Below the pieces are notes generated by a model. The model did no database searches. It was not told where the DNA came from and saw nothing but the letters and a program-made list of their open reading frames with translations. A program made the position numbers and the translations under genes. From the sequence record NC_019929.1: 64,000 bases of DNA; one strand, given 5' to 3'. Numbering within the stretch: the first letter of the stretch is position 1; every line of letters starts with the position of its first letter. Positions 57,937-64,000 of this stretch are shown here, piece after piece.

Positions 57937-58582
57937 CACCTTAGCGAAACTCGATCAGCAGCAAGAAGCCGACGTCTTAAAAGTCGCCGGTGAATCGGTG
58001 CGGGTCGAGACCGAAAAAGAATACGTGATGTGGGTGAAGCCAACCGAAGAAGGCTGGGCGTGGTTATTCGAGCAGCAAGCACAGGTCTACATGGATGTGC
58101 TGATGCCGATTGCTCGTGGGCGGCGACGGGTACGTTTGCATAGTGGCGGTAAAGCCGAACTCACTGTGAAACGTATGGCGGGTGAAGGCAAGATTGAGGA
58201 GAACTCAGACATTGGGTTCGGTGCAGGCTTGTCATTCTACGAAGACGGTCACTTAGCGCACTTGGTTCGCCGTATCCACATGGATGCCGGGGAGCTGAAA
58301 GCGCAAGGGGCTAAGCACTGGGACATCGACCTGTTCTACACCGTCACGGGTCACCCGGTGCTGGAAACCCAGGAAGACTTTGACGCACTGGTCGCTGACT
58401 TGCAAACCGCAACGTCATTCGGTCGCTGGGTGAAGGTGGAACTGGAAGTCGAACGTTTTGAAATCAACACGATTAAAGACGTTATCCCGTTCGGTGTGGC
58501 AGAAGCGATTCCTGGTGGGCCGAAAGACCCCGAGACACAGGAAATGCTTCGTCACTACTGGGACAATGAAACCCGTATCTAA
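57923..58582 (+). CDS. CYTH / triphosphate tunnel metalloenzyme-like protein
   Basis: ETEKEY (ExExK-like), RVRL..AELTVK..EE, WDIDLF..VELEV. Confidence 0.7.
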   Translation: MGLFDTLAKLDQQQEADVLKVAGESVRVETEKEYVMWVKPTEEGWAWLFEQQAQVYMDVLMPIARGRRRVRLHSGGKAELTVKRMAGEGKIEENSDIGFGAGLSFYEDGHLAHLVRRIHMDAGELKAQGAKHWDIDLFYTVTGHPVLETQEDFDALVADLQTATSFGRWVKVELEVERFEINTIKDVIPFGVAEAIPGGPKDPETQEMLRHYWDNETRI

Positions 58583-58622
58583 GTGGTTCCCTCTCCTTCG
58601 GGGGAGGGCTACTTTATTTTTA
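58583..58622 (+). terminator. Intrinsic terminator
   Basis: GTGGTTCCCTCTCC-TTCG-GGGGAGGGCTAC plus T-tract. Confidence 0.7.
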
Positions 58623-58639
58623 TCCTAAAGGAGTACAAG

Positions 58640-59017
58640 ATGGTTGTCGGACACTTTTTTAATCGCCACGGTTTAGTGTTTGTATCGGGTATCGCTGTAG
58701 AAGGTCGTCGTGTTCACACCATGAACCTGACGGACGAAGAGAAAGCGCATTGGGTAGAGGTGTTAGCGCCGTTCAAAGACAAGAAGCTGGCGCTGGGTCA
58801 ACGCATCACCTACGGTTCCAGTCCACGGGTGGCATTCCACGGCCACAATGACGAAGGAGGTCAGGATGACTTAGCCATTATGGCCGGGGAAGAGGGTCGA
58901 CGGTTGTCAGAGGTGCTGCTACAGTTTAAACCACCGATGTGCAACGGGCCATACATTAACCTCGAAGGACATCCAGACGCTGCCAGCATCGCTCACCAGG
59001 TGATGGTACTTCTATAA
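58640..59017 (+). CDS. Hypothetical protein (125 aa)
   Basis: ATG 58640 with AAGGAG. Confidence 0.7.
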   Translation: MVVGHFFNRHGLVFVSGIAVEGRRVHTMNLTDEEKAHWVEVLAPFKDKKLALGQRITYGSSPRVAFHGHNDEGGQDDLAIMAGEEGRRLSEVLLQFKPPMCNGPYINLEGHPDAASIAHQVMVLL

Positions 59018-59064
59018 TTTACAAAAGCGGGTGTAGTTATGTAAACACCCGCAAGGATACCCGA

Positions 59065-59493
59065 ATGATGAATAAGATTGCTTTTGAGAAAGGCACTGGC
59101 CTGATTGTTAATGAAGTCATTATCCCGAATACGGACAACGCTGCCTGGGAACACCTGGCGCTGCGTTTAAACGGTAAGAAGGTCTCTGTTACCTTAACCA
59201 ACGAACTCGCACTCAACGGCAATCTGGCTAACGCTGGGCCGGAGTTTGCGGCGTTCAACGTACCCCATTCGACCGGCGTTTGTTTTTTGAAGAACGCGTA
59301 CTTCGCAAGTCGCGTTTACAGCTGGAAGCTTCTGGCTGAACTGAACAAATCCGTTGGCCTGAACGCGAAGCAGGGTGTGCCGAACGACCACATTGCTAAC
59401 CACGGTATCGTTATCGTGGTCTCTCGCGTTGCCGGTGAAGAACTGGCCTTCTCTTTCTGTTACGCGTACGGAGCACAGGATGCAGCTGCCTAA
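59065..59493 (+). CDS. Hypothetical protein
   Basis: 142 aa, AAGGA upstream. Confidence 0.7.
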   Translation: MMNKIAFEKGTGLIVNEVIIPNTDNAAWEHLALRLNGKKVSVTLTNELALNGNLANAGPEFAAFNVPHSTGVCFLKNAYFASRVYSWKLLAELNKSVGLNAKQGVPNDHIANHGIVIVVSRVAGEELAFSFCYAYGAQDAAA

Positions 59494-60391
59494 TGCCGAG
59501 ATTCAAATCCACGCCGTAGACAGCTGGTATACCGACACAAAGGTGTACCAGTTCGGCAGCTACGAACAACAGCGTAGCAAACTGTATCGTTGCCTCGGTG
59601 AAATTGCCGAGGGGGTACAGAAAGACGATACCTTAAAAGTGGCAGCCGGTATCGGTCGGGTGCTGTGGACGTTCATCGGCCTTGTGCATTTCTCCAAGCA
59701 AGCTCACGATGTTCCCCTGCACAGCCAACTCGACCACTATATTCAGTTGAAGCTGAAAGCCACCAACAAACACGCCCAGCTTCATGCGCTGATGCACAAC
59801 ACCCTGGATCTGGTCTGGCAGACACCCGAAGACGGTGACTTCTGTTTGCACAGTTTCCTGAAAGCGTTTGGTGATTTCATGATGGGACTGAATACGTTGT
59901 GTAAAGCCACAGGGCTAGAGTTTGACCGGGTGGTGTACAACGGCCATTACGCACTCATTCGCACTCAGGGTGAGATGAACGAGCTGGGGATGTTTATTCC
60001 TGCGCCAGGCGATCTGGATGGTGATGTAATGGGCCAACCTCTGGTTAATGAGAAACTTCCTTCTGGTCAGCTCACCCACTTTTATATCGAAAGTGGGCTG
60101 AACGCCGCGGCTGCTAAAGCGTTCGTGCCGTACGTTCACACCCCGTTTGCTTCTCACAAGGTCGATGAGGTCAGTGATAAACTGGCGGAGGCATTGGAAG
60201 AACTGTTGGAGCGGCACATCTACAGTGATGATAAATGGCGACATCTGACTTTCGAGCGGACGCCAAAGATTAACATCATGTACGAAAACGGCACCGTGAC
60301 AGCCACGTACAACGATGACCTCAAGTTTATCATGAATACCCTAAAACAGGATAATTTGCACCATGAAACAATATCTGGACTTACTGCGTGA
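59480..60391 (+). CDS. Hypothetical protein with degenerate MazG-like helical N-terminus (303 aa)
   Basis: ATG 59480 with GGAG; [25 protein letters not shown] resembles EE.gEla.ai.k.d..ei.DalgDll, but the acidic residues are lost. Confidence 0.5.
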   Translation: MQLPNAEIQIHAVDSWYTDTKVYQFGSYEQQRSKLYRCLGEIAEGVQKDDTLKVAAGIGRVLWTFIGLVHFSKQAHDVPLHSQLDHYIQLKLKATNKHAQLHALMHNTLDLVWQTPEDGDFCLHSFLKAFGDFMMGLNTLCKATGLEFDRVVYNGHYALIRTQGEMNELGMFIPAPGDLDGDVMGQPLVNEKLPSGQLTHFYIESGLNAAAAKAFVPYVHTPFASHKVDEVSDKLAEALEELLERHIYSDDKWRHLTFERTPKINIMYENGTVTATYNDDLKFIMNTLKQDNLHHETISGLTA

Positions 60392-61391
60392 CGTTCGTGA
60401 CAACGGGCACGAAAAAGCAGACCGTACGGGCACGGGCACCCTGTCGTTATTCGGCGCACAAATGCGCTTTGACCTGCAAAAAGGTTTCCCGCTGGTCACG
60501 ACCAAAAAGGTTCACCTCCGCTCCATCATCCATGAGCTTCTGTGGTTCCTCATGGGCGATACCAACATCCAGTATCTGAAAGACAACAACGTCAGTATCT
60601 GGGATGAATGGGCAGATGAAGATGGTAATCTCGGCCCGGTGTACGGTAAGCAATGGCGTGAGTGGCCAGATATTCGTGCGGTACCTTACGAAGAATTTAA
60701 TCGTCTGACCGCTGCAGGTTACGAAGATCTCGATGCCGGTACTTGGAGCATGGATGAAAACTGCTCCATTTATTTCGTTCGGAAGAACATCGACCAAATC
60801 AGCAAGGTCATGGAACAACTGAAAAACGACCCGGACAACCGCCGTATCATCGTCAGTGCCTGGAACGTGGCTGACCTGGATGAAATGGCGTTAGCACCAT
60901 GCCATGCCTTCTTCCAGTTCTACACGCGTAAAATGACCCCAGCGGAACGTATGTCCTGGTTGAGTGAGAACAAGCCCAAAGACCGTGCAATGATTAACCG
61001 TGTCGCGTATGCTTCGCAAGACGATCGTGAAGAAGCATTGACTGAATGTTTCGGTGTACCGACGCGGGTATTGTCCTGTCAGCTGTATCAGCGCAGTGCT
61101 GACATGTTCCTAGGCGTACCGTTTAACATTGCCTCTTACGCGCTCCTGATACACATGTTTGCCCAGCAGGCCAATATGGCAGTAGGTGACTTCGTGTGGA
61201 CGGGTGGGGATGTGCATCTGTACTCCAACCACCTGGAGCAGGCAGATTTGCAGTTAACTCGCGAACCTCATCCGTTACCACAACTGCGGATTAAACGTCG
61301 TCCGGATTCTATCTTCGACTATAAGTTTGAAGATTTCGAAGTGGTCGGATACGAATCGCATGACGCTATTAAGGCACCGGTGGCGATATGA
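60363..61391 (+). CDS. thyA: Thymidylate synthase
   Basis: [63 protein letters not shown]. Confidence 0.97.
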   Translation: MKQYLDLLRDVRDNGHEKADRTGTGTLSLFGAQMRFDLQKGFPLVTTKKVHLRSIIHELLWFLMGDTNIQYLKDNNVSIWDEWADEDGNLGPVYGKQWREWPDIRAVPYEEFNRLTAAGYEDLDAGTWSMDENCSIYFVRKNIDQISKVMEQLKNDPDNRRIIVSAWNVADLDEMALAPCHAFFQFYTRKMTPAERMSWLSENKPKDRAMINRVAYASQDDREEALTECFGVPTRVLSCQLYQRSADMFLGVPFNIASYALLIHMFAQQANMAVGDFVWTGGDVHLYSNHLEQADLQLTREPHPLPQLRIKRRPDSIFDYKFEDFEVVGYESHDAIKAPVAI

Positions 61392-62185
61392 AGAACAAGC
61401 TCTTTGTTTTCTCGGACGCATTCTACACCACCAACTACGATCAGTACAACCACGGCGTAGTTGCTGCGATTGATGAAGAAGATGCCCAGCGCTTAGTGCC
61501 GACTGGTATCGATTTGATCGAAGTTGGTGAGACCGATGCGTATGACGTGTTGTTGTTTGCGGAAGGTGTGCGTAACTGGCCTGAGCGCCACCGTTACACC
61601 AACCACACCATCAACTGTCCTGGCTGGAAAGTCATTGAAGGGGCAGATATCTCGGACTACGAGAAGAAGCTTGTGGAGTTAATGCAACTCCCACCGGACA
61701 TGGACATCGTGTTCAGTAACTGGGGGAAAGTGCCAGAAGACAGTGAGCACGGTAAACCGCCTGCGGCTGGGCAATGGACAATAACCGCAACCTCTGGTGA
61801 ACTCGGGGGCTCTGCACAAGTTCACTTTAACGGCTTGCCTTCTCTGGACGCTCTGCTTGAGCCTGCGGAACACACGGTCAGTTATACCTGGCAGGATACC
61901 GAAACCTTGCCGGTGACGATTGAGCATGTTCTGGCAGACGTGTTGAAGGTGGTGGGGCGAGAGTCTGAGTACCACGACTGGGCAGGAATGGCACGACAGC
62001 ACTTCTATTCAGAAACGGCAGTGCTCGGTTGGGAAGAACTGACTGAGGAAATCGGTCAGTACAAGAAAACATGGTACCGTCACCCGGACTGGCAAACGCT
62101 GGTTCCAGAGATGGTGCGTAAAGAAGCCTCCAAACTCACCGTTATCACTGATGAAAACGGCAGAATGCGGATGGCGCAATACTAA
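61388..62185 (+). CDS. Hypothetical protein
   Basis: 265 aa, ATGA overlap with thyA. Confidence 0.75.
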   Translation: MKNKLFVFSDAFYTTNYDQYNHGVVAAIDEEDAQRLVPTGIDLIEVGETDAYDVLLFAEGVRNWPERHRYTNHTINCPGWKVIEGADISDYEKKLVELMQLPPDMDIVFSNWGKVPEDSEHGKPPAAGQWTITATSGELGGSAQVHFNGLPSLDALLEPAEHTVSYTWQDTETLPVTIEHVLADVLKVVGRESEYHDWAGMARQHFYSETAVLGWEELTEEIGQYKKTWYRHPDWQTLVPEMVRKEASKLTVITDENGRMRMAQY

Positions 62186-62201
62186 CGAAGAGGTAATCAA
62201 A

Positions 62202-62681
62202 GTGTCTATGACTCCAATTAACTATAACTTGGTAGTGAAAGAACTTTCGAACGGTCTGGTTGCATTGGACAGTGACGAAGCCCTGAGCTTGGCAATGCTC
62301 CCGCATGTGGAGCTGAGCGAATTCCGTACCATCCGCTACGGCGCTGGCCGTCAGAAAGGGGTGACCGAACACGCCATCAACATGGCGGCGCACCACAGAG
62401 GGTCGGTGCTTATCCTTGTCCATCATGAAGCGTTACGCAATGAAGCGATGCGTAAGTTCCATGCGAAGGCATCGGGAGATGGGTGGTTAACTGTGCATTG
62501 CAGTTACCTGCCTGAGAACTGGAAACAGGCTACCGGCTCTGGACTCTCTGGTTATGAGAAGTTCAGTCTGGTCATTGTCGATGAGGCCGGGTTCTTCTTC
62601 AACAAATTTAGCTTTGACAAAATCTACCGCAGTCTGGTCGATGTTGTGACGCCGGACGTGGTTATCCATCTCATCAATTAA
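62202..62681 (+). CDS. Small degenerate P-loop/helicase-like domain protein
   Basis: GAGRQKGVT (Walker A-like), VLILVH, LVIVDEA (Walker B); start 62202 or 62208. Confidence 0.45.
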   Translation: MSMTPINYNLVVKELSNGLVALDSDEALSLAMLPHVELSEFRTIRYGAGRQKGVTEHAINMAAHHRGSVLILVHHEALRNEAMRKFHAKASGDGWLTVHCSYLPENWKQATGSGLSGYEKFSLVIVDEAGFFFNKFSFDKIYRSLVDVVTPDVVIHLIN

Positions 62682-62692
62682 GAGAACACGCA

Positions 62693-62848
62693 ATGAGCAA
62701 TAAAGAGCAGGTACAGGAATCACAGCTGGCAGCTGACCCAATGGACTTTGGTGACATCCCAGGTCTTGACCCGGATGCCGGTGTTGTCGGTGGTGTTGAT
62801 GCAGCTATCGAAGACGATGGTTGTGCTGGCGGTGCCTGCAAAATTTAA
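62693..62848 (+). CDS. 51-aa acidic peptide ending in an NrdA-like redox tail DDGCAGGACKI
   Basis: Hand-translated, below ORF-track cutoff: MSNKEQVQESQLAADPMDFGDIPGLDPDAGVVGGVDAAIEDDGCAGGACKI; fills the gap exactly. Confidence 0.75.
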   Translation: MSNKEQVQESQLAADPMDFGDIPGLDPDAGVVGGVDAAIEDDGCAGGACKI

Positions 62849-62908
62849 CAAATAGGTGTGTCCATATGGACACACCACTTTATTTTTTTACCCAAAAGGA
62901 AAATTATC

Positions 62909-63814
62909 ATGGGCGATCGTTTTGTTATTCAGATTCCGTACAACGTTATTGTAAACCCGAATGCGTATTTAGAGCAGATTAACACCCTGCTGGCAGGCTT
63001 CTGTCATCGCCAGCACGCGACCCCGTGGTCGTTTGAAGCGCTGTACTCACTGAGCGTTAACAGTGAGACCGGCAGTACCCGCGTTGAAGGGAAGGTGAAA
63101 ACCGAAGACGGTCGTCTGGAAATCAACGATTTCGAAATGCCGTGGCAACTGAAAGATGTTGAGTTCAACGGCAAAGTTAACCATCCGCGTTATATCCCAC
63201 TCTTCTCTGTTGGCCAGTGTATTGACAATGTACTGGGCTGGTCTGCTGCGCGTGGTATTCTGGAAAACGGCAAATGGGACACCCAGGTGACCAAGCTGTA
63301 TGAAGAAGACGGTGAAGCGGCGACCGGTATCAGCAAATCGAAAGAGCGCCTTATCATGGACGGTCTGGGTGATGCTCTGGTGGTGCTGGTTAACGTGATG
63401 GAACTGTCGGGTATCGGTGCAGGTAAATTACGCGAGTGTTTTGTTGACGCCACGCTGGCACGCAACAACAGCAACAACAAAGTCAATAGCTACGGCCCAC
63501 ACCGCCTGTTCCACTGGATGCGTATGTGTCTGACTATCGGTAATCAGGTGCTGTACACTGCGTACGATACCTACCTCGAGAACGACGAGAACCGTGGTAA
63601 GAAGTTCTCTATTGAGCTGGGTGAAACCAACGCTTCCCGTCACGCCGAATCATTCATTGGTCACGCCACCCATGCGGTGCACGCGATGTTGCTGCTCGCC
63701 GATCACTACAACATGCCTATCGAACATTGCTTCTCCCTGGCGTGGGATGAAATCAAAGACCGTAAAGGGTTCTTGAACGCCGACGGCATCTTCATTAAAG
63801 AAGCTGACGCCTAA
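62909..63814 (+). CDS. MazG-like nucleotide pyrophosphohydrolase with N-terminal domain and internal insertion (301 aa)
   Basis: QVTKLYEEDGE..IMDGLGDALVVL..CFSLAWDEIKDRKG...GIFIKE; ATG 62909 with AAGGA. Confidence 0.85.
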   Translation: MGDRFVIQIPYNVIVNPNAYLEQINTLLAGFCHRQHATPWSFEALYSLSVNSETGSTRVEGKVKTEDGRLEINDFEMPWQLKDVEFNGKVNHPRYIPLFSVGQCIDNVLGWSAARGILENGKWDTQVTKLYEEDGEAATGISKSKERLIMDGLGDALVVLVNVMELSGIGAGKLRECFVDATLARNNSNNKVNSYGPHRLFHWMRMCLTIGNQVLYTAYDTYLENDENRGKKFSIELGETNASRHAESFIGHATHAVHAMLLLADHYNMPIEHCFSLAWDEIKDRKGFLNADGIFIKEADA

Positions 63815-63841
63815 TATAAAAAAGACAGAGGTACTATTCGC

Positions 63842-64000
63842 ATGAAAATCTTCTTAGTCACTGATGAGTTCATTGCAGGAACGGTTAATCCGTCGTTTCG
63901 CGCGGTCGTTATTGCGGCGGATGAATCCGGTGCCCGTTGGGTGGTAGCCCGGCAGAAGGCGGGGCCGGGGATGGAAAATGTCCGGCAAGCCTGCGCCATC
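63842..64000 (+). CDS. Hypothetical protein, 3'-truncated
   Basis: GAGG upstream; MKIFLVTDEFIAG... open to the window edge. Confidence 0.55.
   Translation, partial: MKIFLVTDEFIAGTVNPSFRAVVIAADESGARWVVARQKAGPGMENVRQACAI

Noticed and set aside
1-64000. tRNA, rRNA, introns, inteins, integrase or transposase
   Set aside because: No T-loop/acceptor-stem structure in intergenic DNA, thyA, rnhA and uvsX frames are uninterrupted, and no mobile-element motifs were seen by eye; a tRNAscan or Infernal run would be needed to be sure

Overview
This 64-kb window looks like part of a phiKZ-related jumbo myophage genome, most likely infecting Enterobacterales. That assignment is inferred from gene content and order: a split RNA polymerase beta C-terminal subunit, UvsX/RecA, SbcC, a long RNase H, a gp144-like transglycosylase, a baseplate spike and paralogous fibres. 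Positions 1-22 kb form a late/structural block with four paralogous fibre-like genes and a central spike; 22-64 kb are mostly + strand early/middle genes. The stand-out system is at 1-4.75 kb, directly downstream of the fibre genes. It holds three paralogous small proteins with a shared leader and Cys-Xaa3 repeat cores (21, 20 and 4 Cys), a radical SAM/SPASM maturase, a second radical SAM enzyme and two unknown proteins, i.e. a phage-encoded RiPP-like modification cluster. Two small ORFs carry near-exact copies of host-protein motifs: the EF-Tu N-terminal G1 region and the NrdA C-terminal redox tail. Also present are a DarG-like macrodomain, a leaderless DUF1471 protein, a family of secreted disulfide-bonded paralogs, and candidate early and late promoter motifs. 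Family assignments come from motif recognition and recall; no database search was run. Several starts were moved from the ORF track to Shine-Dalgarno-supported codons. I saw no tRNA, rRNA, CRISPR array or IS element.
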